Assembly (NCBI GenBank): GCA_038213135.1
Contig: JBBQTQ010000001.1
Span: 2,895 to 66,894, forward strand
Reading direction: 5' to 3'
DNA: 64,000 bases
Origin: Gaiellales bacterium
GTDB taxonomy: Bacteria > Actinomycetota > Thermoleophilia > Gaiellales > Gaiellaceae
The notes below the pieces were generated by a model, which was not told the origin of the DNA, searched no databases, and saw only the letters and a list, made by a program, of their open reading frames with translations. This document shows positions 35,011-42,975 of the stretch, one piece after another. Position 1 is the stretch's first letter; each line of letters opens with the position of its first letter. The translations under genes were made by a program, and so were the position numbers.

Positions 35011-36305
35011 TGCGCGACGAGGTCACGCGGCTCCTGCAGGAGCTGATCCGCCTCGACACCGTCAATCCACCGGGCAACGAGACGCAGGCGGCCGAGCTTC
35101 TGCGCGCGTACCTCGAGGAGAACGGCGTCGCCTGCGAGCTCTACGCCCGCGAGCCGCACCGGGCGAATCTCGTTGCGCGGATTCCGGGTCGGGACGAGGG
35201 CCCGCGGCTGCTGCTCCTCTCCCACACGGACACCGTGCTCGCCGATCCGGCCGAGTGGACTGTCGATCCGTGGTCGGGCGAGGTGCGAGACGAGCAGGTC
35301 TGGGGTCGCGGCGCTTTGGACATGAAGGATCAGGTCGCGGCGAGCGCGGTGGCGATCGCTTCGCTCGCGCGTGAAGGCTTCGAGCCGGCGGGTGATCTGA
35401 TCTTCGCGGCGACGGCCGACGAAGAGATGGGCGAGGCGCCGGACTACGGGCTCTCGTGGCTGTGCCGTGAGCATCCGGAGGCGGTGCGCTGCGACTACGC
35501 GATCAACGAGGGCGCGGGTGAGCGCATCGAGGTCGGCGGACGGGTGCTCTACCTCTGCGCGTCAGCCGAGAAGAAGAGCTCCCCGTTCCTGCTGCGCGTG
35601 CAAGGACGCAGCGGGCACGCGTCGATGCCCGGGATCGCCGACAACGCCCTCGTGAAGGCCTCGCGCCTGATCGAGCGGCTCGGCGACTTTCGCGACGAGC
35701 CTCGCCTGAACCCGGAGACGGAAGGTTTCCTGCGGGCCGTCTCCGACGAGGTGCCCACCGCAGCGGCTGCCCTCGAGGCGGCGCGCCAGATCGGGCCGAC
35801 GGCGGTCGAGCTGCTCGAGCCGCTGCTGACGATGACGTTGTCGCCGACGATGGTCGAGGCCTCGCACAAGCGGAACGTGATCCCCGGCGTGTGCGAGGTG
35901 ACCGTCGACTGCCGCCTTCTGCCCGGGCAGGAGCGCGTGGATGCCGAGCGAGTGATCCGCGACTGGCTGGGGGAGGGCGACTACGAGCTCGAGTGGCTGC
36001 TCGAGCAGGGCGGGACGCGATCGGAGCTCGCGACGCCGCTCTGGGCGGCAGTGCAGTCGTTTGTCGACGAGATCGAGCCGGGCGCGCGGGCGGCCCCGAT
36101 CTGCGTCGCCGGGTTCACGGACAGCCACTGGCTGCGCGAGGCGTTCGGCACCGTCGCGTATGGCTTCTTTCCGCTGCGCACGATGACAGCAGAGCTCGCG
36201 GCTCGGCTCATCCATTCGGCGGACGAGCGAATTCCGATCGACGACCTCGAGCTGGGCGTTCGCTTCCTGCGCCACGTCGCGCGGGCGATCGGCACACCGG
36301 GCTAA
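35010..36305 (+). CDS. M20/M25/M40 family metallopeptidase (ArgE/DapE-like)
   Basis: LIRLDTVNPPGNE...LLLSHTDTV...WGRGALDMKD...ADEEMG, with a dimerisation-domain insert. 431 aa. Confidence 0.85.
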   Translation: MRDEVTRLLQELIRLDTVNPPGNETQAAELLRAYLEENGVACELYAREPHRANLVARIPGRDEGPRLLLLSHTDTVLADPAEWTVDPWSGEVRDEQVWGRGALDMKDQVAASAVAIASLAREGFEPAGDLIFAATADEEMGEAPDYGLSWLCREHPEAVRCDYAINEGAGERIEVGGRVLYLCASAEKKSSPFLLRVQGRSGHASMPGIADNALVKASRLIERLGDFRDEPRLNPETEGFLRAVSDEVPTAAAALEAARQIGPTAVELLEPLLTMTLSPTMVEASHKRNVIPGVCEVTVDCRLLPGQERVDAERVIRDWLGEGDYELEWLLEQGGTRSELATPLWAAVQSFVDEIEPGARAAPICVAGFTDSHWLREAFGTVAYGFFPLRTMTAELAARLIHSADERIPIDDLELGVRFLRHVARAIGTPG

Positions 36306-36390
36306 CTGTTACTGGGGGCCCCCGAGCCCCCGCCCTGGGCTCACCCTATCGAGCAAAGCCGCATGCATGTGTGTCGATTGTGTGCCGTCT
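36306..36390. repeat. intergenic repeat, copy B (see copy A at 28076-28157)
   Basis: Begins immediately after the M20 stop: ctGTTACtGGGGGCCCCCGAGCCCCCGCCctgGGCTCAccCTATCGAGcAAAGCC.... The roughly 60-nt core is about 85% identical by eye to the reverse complement of copy A. Confidence 0.7.
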
Positions 36391-36412
36391 TTCAGCGGGT
36401 AGGCTCCTAACC

Positions 36413-37210
36413 GTGGCCGACGACAAGATCCGCCTCGGCGGGATGGCACTGCCGAACGGCGTGCTCGTCCACGGCCCGACCGCCTGGGCGTGCGCGGTGC
36501 GCCTTCCGACCGGCGAGCTGAAGGTGGCCGCCCACAAGAAGCGCTTCCAGGCGGCCAAGATCTCGCAGCCGCTGCTCCGCGGCCCGGCCAGGCTCCTTGA
36601 GGCCATGGCCCTGCTGCCGACCGTCCGCCGCCGGCTTCCCGAGGCGCGGCTGCCGTTCGAGCGCCCGCAGATCCTGGCCTCGATGCTGGCGAGTGCCTGC
36701 GCCGTAAAGGTCGTCCGAGACTCCAAGCGGATCTCCCCGGCCGCGCAGGAGCTCGTCGCCGGCCTGCTTTCGCTCGCTCCTGCGACGCTCGCCCTCCGCG
36801 GCGGCGATCTCGCCGCTTACCACGGCGCGGAGCACATCTCGATCGGCACCTACGAACACGGAGAGCTGCGCGAGAAGGAGCACGAGCGCTGCGGCTCCCA
36901 TCTCGTCGGGCCGCTGATCGCCACCTCCGCGCTCGCGGGAACGCTCGCTGCCCGAGCCCCCGAGCATCTCCGCGGCGCAGCGCGCGCGGTCGGCTCGCTC
37001 GGAGCCCTGGCTGCCTCGACCGAGATCTTCGGCTGGATGGTTCGCAACCCCGAGCGCCGGCTTTCCAAGGCCCTTGCCTTCCCCGGCCACGAGCTCCAGC
37101 ACCGTCTCGCGACTGCCGAGCCGACGCCGGAGCAGATCGAGGTTGCCGAGGCCGCGCTCGCCGCGTGTCTCGAGCTCGAGCATGACGCCGAGCACGCGCA
37201 CGGCGACTGA
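36413..37210 (+). CDS. DUF1385 domain-containing protein (paralogue 1)
   Basis: A GTG at 36413 gives (M)ADDKIRLGGMALPNGVLVHG...YHGAEHISIG...HERCGSHLV...FPGHELQHRLATAEPTPEQIEVAEAAL, the DUF1385 block order. 265 aa. Confidence 0.75.
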   Translation: MADDKIRLGGMALPNGVLVHGPTAWACAVRLPTGELKVAAHKKRFQAAKISQPLLRGPARLLEAMALLPTVRRRLPEARLPFERPQILASMLASACAVKVVRDSKRISPAAQELVAGLLSLAPATLALRGGDLAAYHGAEHISIGTYEHGELREKEHERCGSHLVGPLIATSALAGTLAARAPEHLRGAARAVGSLGALAASTEIFGWMVRNPERRLSKALAFPGHELQHRLATAEPTPEQIEVAEAALAACLELEHDAEHAHGD

Positions 37211-38270
37211 CCGCCTCCCGCCCGAGGTCTTCGATCTTCCCGTCGAGAAGATGCGGGAGGGCTACTACAGCGACGCCTACTTCAACCACGCCCGCTCGAC
37301 GTTGCTCGAGGACGGGCGGCGCCCGCAAGTCGTGATGCAGGTCTTCCAGAAGCGGGAGGCATATCTCGGCGGGATGGACGAGGCGATCGCGATCCTCGAG
37401 CTCTGCTCGCACGACTGGGCGGGGCTCAGCGTCAGGGCGCTTCACGACGGCGACGCGATCGAGCCCTGGGAGACGGTGATGACGATCGAGGGCGACTACA
37501 CCCTCTTCGCCCATCTCGAGACGGTGTATCTCGGCGTGCTGGCACGACGGACGCTCGTGACAACGAACGTGGTTCGCGTGCTCGAGGCCGCGAACGGCAA
37601 GCCGGTGATCTTCATGCCCGCTCGTCATGACCATCACCGGGTGCAGACCGGGGACGGCTACGCGGCGCACGTTGCGGGCCGGATCGTCGGCACCGAGGTC
37701 GGCGTCACCACCGACGAGCAGGCGTCCTGGTGGGGCGGCAAGGGTGTCGGCACCGTTCCGCATGCGTTGATCGGCGCGTACGGAGGCGACACGGTTCTCG
37801 CCGCGCGGAAGTTCGCCGACTGGGCGCCGCCCGACCTGAACGTGACCGTGCTCGTCGACTTCGAGAACGACTCGGTGCGGAGCGCCCTCGAGGTCGCGCG
37901 GGCGCTCGGGTCGCGGCTCTGGGGTGTCCGGCTCGATACGTCCGAGTCGCTCGTCGACCGGTCGCTCTGGGACGAGCTCGGCGACTTCCAGCCGACCGGA
38001 GTCAACGAACGGCTTGTACGGAGCGTGCGGGATGCGCTCGACGCCGAGGGCTTCGAGCAGATCAGGATCGTCGTCTCCGGAGGCTTCACGCTCGAGAAGA
38101 TCCGCGAGTTCGAGCGCAACGCCGTGCCGGTCGATGCCTACGGGGTCGGGTCATCGCTCATCCGCGGCTCGAACGACTTCACGGCGGACATCGTCATGAC
38201 CGACGGGCGGCCGTCGGCGAAGGTCGGGCGGCGCTACCGCGAGAACCACAGGTTGGAGTTAGTTACCTAG
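37182..38270 (+). CDS. pncB: nicotinate phosphoribosyltransferase (type II PRTase family)
   Basis: The ATG at 37182 overlaps the DUF1385 gene by 29 nt. ...YYSDAYFNHA...ARHDHHRVQTGDGYAA...GTVPHALI...GVRLDTS...IVVSGG.... 362 aa. Confidence 0.82.
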   Translation: MTPSTRTATDRLPPEVFDLPVEKMREGYYSDAYFNHARSTLLEDGRRPQVVMQVFQKREAYLGGMDEAIAILELCSHDWAGLSVRALHDGDAIEPWETVMTIEGDYTLFAHLETVYLGVLARRTLVTTNVVRVLEAANGKPVIFMPARHDHHRVQTGDGYAAHVAGRIVGTEVGVTTDEQASWWGGKGVGTVPHALIGAYGGDTVLAARKFADWAPPDLNVTVLVDFENDSVRSALEVARALGSRLWGVRLDTSESLVDRSLWDELGDFQPTGVNERLVRSVRDALDAEGFEQIRIVVSGGFTLEKIREFERNAVPVDAYGVGSSLIRGSNDFTADIVMTDGRPSAKVGRRYRENHRLELVT

Positions 38271-38280
38271 ACGGGGGTGT

Positions 38281-38312
38281 GAGGGACAGGCCCCTCGAGA
38301 GGCCTGTCCCTC
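38281..38312 (+). terminator. GC-rich hairpin 10 nt after the pncB stop (no U-tract)
   Basis: GAGGGACAGGCC-cctcgaga-GGCCTGTCCCTC, a perfect 12-bp stem. Confidence 0.4.
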
Positions 38313-38392
38313 GGTCTCAGCTCACCTACGGCGTTAAGGAAGTGCCCGCCGCTGCCGATGGACGGGAGGTGCCGCTCCTCCTCGCAAGTGTG

Positions 38393-39886
38393 ATGCACGA
38401 CATCGGGTCGGGTGCCTTGACCTGGCTGCCGCTCGTCTTCTTCGGCGGGATCATCGTCCTCCTCTGGCGGACGATGCAGCTGATGCCGCGCGTCAAGCCG
38501 AAGCTTGTCTCGCCGACCGGGAAGACCTCCGTCACGTGGAAGCAGGTCGCCGGCCTCGAGGAGGCCAAGGCCGAGCTGCAGGAGGTCGTCGACTTCCTCC
38601 GCGAGCCGAAGCGCTTCGAGGCGCTCGGCGCGCGCGTCCCGAAGGGGATCATGCTCTACGGCCCGCCAGGCACCGGCAAGACGCTGCTCGCGAAGGCCGT
38701 CGCCCACGAGTCCGGCGCCGCGTTCTACTCGCAGAGCGCCTCCGCCTTCGTCGAGATGTTCGCCGGCCTCGGCGCCTCCCGCATCCGCAAGCTCTTCGAA
38801 ACAGCTCGCAAGAATGCCCCCGCGATCGTCTTCATCGACGAGCTCGATGCCGTCGGCGCGGCTCGCAGCGGCCACGGCTTCAACCGCGAGCAGGACCAGA
38901 CCTTGAACCAGCTCCTCGTCGAGCTCGACGGCTTCCAGACCGAAGCGCAGGTCGTGATCATGGGCGCGACGAACCGCCTCCAGGACCTCGACCCCGCGCT
39001 GCTCCGCCCGGGTCGCTTCGACCGCCAGATCCTCGTCACGACTCCCGATCTCTCCGGCCGCGAGGAGATCCTCCGCGTCCACATGACTGGGAAGCCGCTC
39101 GGCGACGACCTCGACCTGACCGCCCTGGCACGGCAGACCGCCGGTCTCACCGGCGCCGACCTGGCCAACATCTGCAACGAAGCCGCGATCCACGCCGGCC
39201 GCTCGAGCAAGCAGGCGATCGACCAGATCGACTTCGAGTGGGCGATCGAGCGCGTCGTCGCCGGCCTCCAGCAGCGCCGCGTCGTCAGCGAAAAGGAGAA
39301 GCGCATCCTCGCCTACCACGAGGGCGGCCATGCGCTGATGGCGCACCTGATGGGCGAGGCGTTCCCGGTCCAGAAGGCGACGATCATCGCCCGCGGCCAG
39401 GCGCTCGGCTACACGCTGAACCTGCCTGCCGAGGATCGATACCTGCACACGAAGGAAGAGCTCGTCGACTGGATGACGATCGCGCTCGCCGGTCGCGCCG
39501 CCGAGGAGATCGTCTTCGGCCGCGTCACGAACGGTGCTGCGAACGACCTCGAGAAGGTCACGTCGATCGCCCGCTCGATGGTCTTCGAGTGGGGCATGGG
39601 CGACTCCGTCACCTCCAGGACGATGCGAGCCGACAACTACGCGCTCTCCGAGGAGACAAAGCGCGTGCGCGACACCGAGCAGGCTCGACTGACCGACCAG
39701 GCTTTCGACGAGGCGCTCCGGCTGCTGCAGAAGCACCGTCGGACGCTCGACCGCGTGGCCAACGCGCTCCTCGAAAAGGAGACGCTGACGCGGGCCGAGC
39801 TGCTCGAGGTGTTCTCGGGCGTCGAGCCGGAGTCGAGCGCGAGCGAGACGATCGGCACCGTTCGCGCGGTCTCTGCCTCCGACTAG
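38393..39886 (+). CDS. ftsH: ATP-dependent zinc metalloprotease FtsH, short single-TM form
   Basis: Walker A GPPGTGKT, Walker B IVFIDELD, SRH TNRLQDLDPALLRPGRFDR, Zn site HEGGHAL. There is only one TM (ALTWLPLVFFGGIIVLLW), about 25 aa before the AAA module. ATG at 38393 was chosen; GTGs at 38390 and 38369 are alternatives. Confidence 0.85.
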   Translation: MHDIGSGALTWLPLVFFGGIIVLLWRTMQLMPRVKPKLVSPTGKTSVTWKQVAGLEEAKAELQEVVDFLREPKRFEALGARVPKGIMLYGPPGTGKTLLAKAVAHESGAAFYSQSASAFVEMFAGLGASRIRKLFETARKNAPAIVFIDELDAVGAARSGHGFNREQDQTLNQLLVELDGFQTEAQVVIMGATNRLQDLDPALLRPGRFDRQILVTTPDLSGREEILRVHMTGKPLGDDLDLTALARQTAGLTGADLANICNEAAIHAGRSSKQAIDQIDFEWAIERVVAGLQQRRVVSEKEKRILAYHEGGHALMAHLMGEAFPVQKATIIARGQALGYTLNLPAEDRYLHTKEELVDWMTIALAGRAAEEIVFGRVTNGAANDLEKVTSIARSMVFEWGMGDSVTSRTMRADNYALSEETKRVRDTEQARLTDQAFDEALRLLQKHRRTLDRVANALLEKETLTRAELLEVFSGVEPESSASETIGTVRAVSASD

Positions 39887-39919
39887 CCCCCGCCCGCCCC
39901 GGGTAGCATCCGGAGCCAG

Positions 39920-40324
39920 ATGAGCGCGAAGGGCATCCACCACCTCGGGATCGCGGTCTCCGACCTCGACGAGGCGGTCGCAAACTACGAACGGCTCTTC
40001 GGTGCCGAGGTCGAGCATCGCGACACCGTCGCCGACCAAGGTGTCGAGGCGGCCTCGATGCGTGTCGGCAGCGGACGCATCGAGTTGCTCGCATCGCTCG
40101 GCGAGGAGACGCCGGTCGGAAAGTTCCTCGCCAAGCGGGGCCCGGGCATGCACCACGTCGCCTACGAGGTCGAGGACATCGGCGCCGAGCTCGACCGACT
40201 CTCGGCGGACGGCGCCGCGCTGATCGACGAGCGCCCTCGCCGCGGGCTCTTCGGTATGCAGGTCGCGTTCCTCCACCCGGACGCCGCCGGCGGCGTCCTC
40301 TCGGAGCTCGTCGCCCGTGGCTGA
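39920..40324 (+). CDS. mce: methylmalonyl-CoA epimerase (VOC superfamily)
   Basis: 134 aa: IHHLGIAV.DLDEAV..Y...G......D..QGV....M.VG...IELL......PV.KFL..RGPGMHHVAY.V.DI. Confidence 0.85.
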   Translation: MSAKGIHHLGIAVSDLDEAVANYERLFGAEVEHRDTVADQGVEAASMRVGSGRIELLASLGEETPVGKFLAKRGPGMHHVAYEVEDIGAELDRLSADGAALIDERPRRGLFGMQVAFLHPDAAGGVLSELVARG

Positions 40325-40544
40325 CGAGCGGGTTCGCATCGAGATCGGCTTCGACGGCGGCCAGATCATGCTCGCGCAGGTCGATCGGGAGGCCGCCGAG
40401 CAGTTGGAGCGCGCCCTGGCTTCCGCCGACGGTCGCTCGTTCACGCTCGAGACGCAGGAAGGGCCGTACACGATCGCCCTTCCCAAGGTGACCTACGTCA
40501 AGCGGTTCGCGCGTGAAAGCCGGATCGGCTTCGGCGAAACCTAG
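40317..40544 (+). CDS. small conserved protein, DUF3107-like
   Basis: 75 aa: VRIEIGFDGGQIMLAQVDREAAEQLERAL...FTLETQEGPYTIALPKVTYVKRF...RIGFG. This resembles the actinobacterial DUF3107 pattern (xKIxIG...E.LE.A...LTL.D..G....I....I.YVE......VGFG). It overlaps mce by 8 nt. Confidence 0.5.
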   Translation: MADERVRIEIGFDGGQIMLAQVDREAAEQLERALASADGRSFTLETQEGPYTIALPKVTYVKRFARESRIGFGET

Positions 40545-41097
40545 TTCCGCGAGCGAGCAGGAGCGGGTCCGCGAGCTCGTCGGGCAGGCGCAGCGCGGTG
40601 ACCGTGAGGCGCTCGAGGAGCTGTATCTGATCCATTTCGACCGGATCTACAGCTACCTGCACATGAGCGTCGGCAACCGCCACGACGCCGAAGACCTGAC
40701 GAACCAGACGTTCCTGAAGATGCTCGAGGCGATCGAGCGCTTCCGCTGGCGCGCGGTTCCGTTCTCGGCATGGCTCTTCCGGATCGCGCACAACGCGGCG
40801 ATGGACCACTTCCGCGCCTCGCGGCGCTGGCAGCCCGAGGAGGAGGTGCCCGAGCCCGAGGGATCCGAGCATTCCTCGGCCGAGGACGAGGCGCTGCAGG
40901 CGATCGGCCGCGCCAGCATGCTGCAGCTGATCGACCACCTCTCGCCCGACCAGAAGCAGGTGTTGACGCTGAAGTTCGTCTTCAGCTTCTCCAATGGCGA
41001 GGCGGCGACGATCCTCGGCAAGACGGAAGGCGCGATCAAGTCGCTCCAGCACCGCGCGCTCGCCTCGCTGCAGCGCCAGCTCGCGCCGGCGAAGTAG
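40513..41097 (+). CDS. ECF-type RNA polymerase sigma-70 family factor
   Basis: Region 2 (DAEDLTNQTFLKMLEAIERF...FSAWLFRIAHNAAMDHFR) and region 4 (LSPDQKQVLTLKFVFSFSNGEAATILGKTEGAIKSLQHRAL). The GTG at 40513 is the only canonical start in frame before region 2. Confidence 0.85.
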   Translation: MKAGSASAKPSSASEQERVRELVGQAQRGDREALEELYLIHFDRIYSYLHMSVGNRHDAEDLTNQTFLKMLEAIERFRWRAVPFSAWLFRIAHNAAMDHFRASRRWQPEEEVPEPEGSEHSSAEDEALQAIGRASMLQLIDHLSPDQKQVLTLKFVFSFSNGEAATILGKTEGAIKSLQHRALASLQRQLAPAK

Positions 41098-41975
41098 TGG
41101 CACTCGCGGTCGGCATCGTCGGTCTCGCCGGCGGCAACCAGACGCTGCTCTTCAACGCGCTCACGCATGCCGGCGCCGAGACGCACAGCCGCAAGGAGAA
41201 CGTCGGCATGGCGGCGATCCCGGACGAGCGCCTCGGGCAGCTGGCGAAGGTCGTGAAGGCCAAGAAGGTGACGCCCGCGACGATCCGCGTCGTCGACGTC
41301 CCGGGAACCGGCCCCGCGCTGCTCGGCAACCTCCGCCAGGTGGATGCGCTGCTCGCCGTCGGCGACCTCGAGGAGCTGCGGATGGAGCTGCTCGTCGCCG
41401 ACCGCGACCATGTCGAGAACCGGCTCGACCGCGTGCGCAAACAAGCGAAGTCGGGCGACACGAAGCTTCGCGACGAGGTGACCCAACTCGAGGCGCTGCT
41501 CGCGCACGTCGAGTCGGGCAGGACGCTGGCGGAGTTTCCGGCCGAGCTGCCGGCGGGGCTCGAGCCGCTGACGACCAAGGCGTTCCTCTCCCTCGAGGGC
41601 GTCGACCTCCAGCTCGAGGCCGAGCTGGCCGAGCTCGAGCCCGAAGAGGCGGCGGCCTTCCGCGAAGGGCCGTCCGCCCTCGACGAGGTCGTGCGTCAGC
41701 TGAAGGATGCGCTCGACCTCGTCGCGTTCTTCACGGCAGGTGACAAGGAGACCCGAGCCTGGACGTTGCGTCGTGGTGAGACGGCGCTTGATGCCGCCGA
41801 GACGATCCACTCCGACATCGCGCGCGGCTTCATCCGCTGCGAGGTGATCCGCTGGAATGACCTCGTCGAGGCCGGCTCGCACGCCGAGGCCTCGCGCCGC
41901 GGCCTCCAGCGGCTGGAAGGCAAGACCTACGTGGTCGAGGACGGCGACGTGCTGAACATCCGCTTCAACCTCTGA
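41097..41975 (+). CDS. YchF-like protein with degenerate P-loop (DUF933/TGS C-terminal domain intact)
   Basis: The GTG shares 1 nt with the sigma-factor TAG. The N-terminus VGIVGLAGGNQTLLFNALT aligns to YchF CGIVGLPNVGKSTLFNALT but has lost the GKS Lys. The C-terminus FFTAGDKETRAWTLRRGETALDAAETIHSDIARGFIRCEVI...YVVEDGDVLNIRFN is clearly YchF-like. 292 aa. Confidence 0.8.
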   Translation: MALAVGIVGLAGGNQTLLFNALTHAGAETHSRKENVGMAAIPDERLGQLAKVVKAKKVTPATIRVVDVPGTGPALLGNLRQVDALLAVGDLEELRMELLVADRDHVENRLDRVRKQAKSGDTKLRDEVTQLEALLAHVESGRTLAEFPAELPAGLEPLTTKAFLSLEGVDLQLEAELAELEPEEAAAFREGPSALDEVVRQLKDALDLVAFFTAGDKETRAWTLRRGETALDAAETIHSDIARGFIRCEVIRWNDLVEAGSHAEASRRGLQRLEGKTYVVEDGDVLNIRFNL

Positions 41976-42037
41976 AACGCGGGCGTATCTCCTGGCCGCA
42001 TCCGGCCGTTATGACCCGACAGCGAACTTGGGGGCAC

Positions 42038-42112
42038 ATGAGCATTCTCTGGATCATCCTGATCGTCGTTCTTGTCTTGGCCGTGCTCGGCTTCTTCGGC
42101 GTCCGCCGCTAG
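42038..42112 (+). CDS. 24-aa hydrophobic micro-protein (candidate)
   Basis: Below the track's size cut-off. GGGGG lies 3 nt upstream of the ATG. Product MSILWIILIVVLVLAVLGFFGVRR (single TM + basic tail), followed by a strong terminator. Confidence 0.45.
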   Translation: MSILWIILIVVLVLAVLGFFGVRR

Positions 42113-42145
42113 CAACCGGCTAGGCCCAGGCAAGCGAGGAAATAG

Positions 42146-42178
42146 GCCGCCCGGCACTTGCCGGGCGGCTCTGCTTTG
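42146..42178 (+). terminator. rho-independent terminator
   Basis: GCCGCCCGGC-actt-GCCGGGCGGC followed by tctgcttt, a 10-bp perfect stem with a T-rich tail. Confidence 0.65.
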
Positions 42179-42192
42179 GCGATTCTGGTGGG

Positions 42193-42975
42193 ATGGATCC
42201 GCTCCGCGTGCTCGCGCTCGCCGATGCCCGGCCCTCGTTGCCCCGCCTCGGCGGCATGGCCCGTCCTGACGGCGTCGTAATCGTCAGCGAGCGGTTCTGG
42301 GCCTTCGCGGGCCGAAACGGCGAGTTGCGGGAGGGTCGCATGCCCGGGGCTGACACCCGTCTCGGCCGGATCCCGCTGCTTCGCGGCCTCGTGAAGCTCT
42401 GCGCGTCGATGTCGCCGCTCTTCCGCCGCACCGGAGTCGCCAGGCCGCGGGAGCGCTGGCTCCTTGCGGCGGGTCTCGTTCTGCCTTTCGGGCTTGTCGT
42501 GCTCCCCCACACTGCGTCACTGGTCACCGGCGTCGTCTTGACGCTGAGCCTGATCGCCGTGCTCTTCCGCGGGCGGACGCTCTTTCTCCATGGCGCCGAG
42601 CACCGCTCGATCATGGCCGCCGAGGAGCACCGGCTCGTTGCGACCTGGGGGGGCGAGGCAAAGCCGACCCGTTTCGCGCCCCGCTGCGGGACGAACTTCG
42701 CTGTGCTCGTGTTTCCGGTCGCCTACCTGGCGAACCGCTTCTGGCCCGTGCCGCCGGCCTTCTACACCCCGGTCGCGGTCAGCGTCCTTTCACTCGCGTT
42801 CACGATGGAGCTCTGGCGCTTCGTCCAGTCGGCTCGCGGTTGGGCGCGCGTTTTCCTCATGCCCGGCCTTGCGCTACAGCGCCTGACGACGCAGGAGCCG
42901 AGGCTCGACGAGACCCGCGTCGCACTGACCGCGGTTGCCTCCGTGCTGCGCCGCGAGCTCGAGCTAGCGGCGTAG
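42193..42975 (+). CDS. DUF1385 domain-containing protein (paralogue 2)
   Basis: 260 aa: LGGMARPDGVVIVS...LHGAEHRSI...APRCGTNFAVLV...MPGLALQRLTTQEPRLDETRVAL. Canonical DUF1385 blocks with internal TM helices. Confidence 0.8.
   Translation: MDPLRVLALADARPSLPRLGGMARPDGVVIVSERFWAFAGRNGELREGRMPGADTRLGRIPLLRGLVKLCASMSPLFRRTGVARPRERWLLAAGLVLPFGLVVLPHTASLVTGVVLTLSLIAVLFRGRTLFLHGAEHRSIMAAEEHRLVATWGGEAKPTRFAPRCGTNFAVLVFPVAYLANRFWPVPPAFYTPVAVSVLSLAFTMELWRFVQSARGWARVFLMPGLALQRLTTQEPRLDETRVALTAVASVLRRELELAA

Noticed and set aside
36309-36368. A short ORF inside repeat copy B on the minus strand (MHAALLDRVSPGRGLGGPQ). The corresponding frame of copy A on the plus strand gives ...FLDSVEPRRGLGGPL.
   Set aside because: The peptide similarity simply reflects the nucleotide repeat. 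Copy A has no start codon in that frame within the spacer. A conserved coding function is therefore unlikely, and it is treated as a non-coding repeat.
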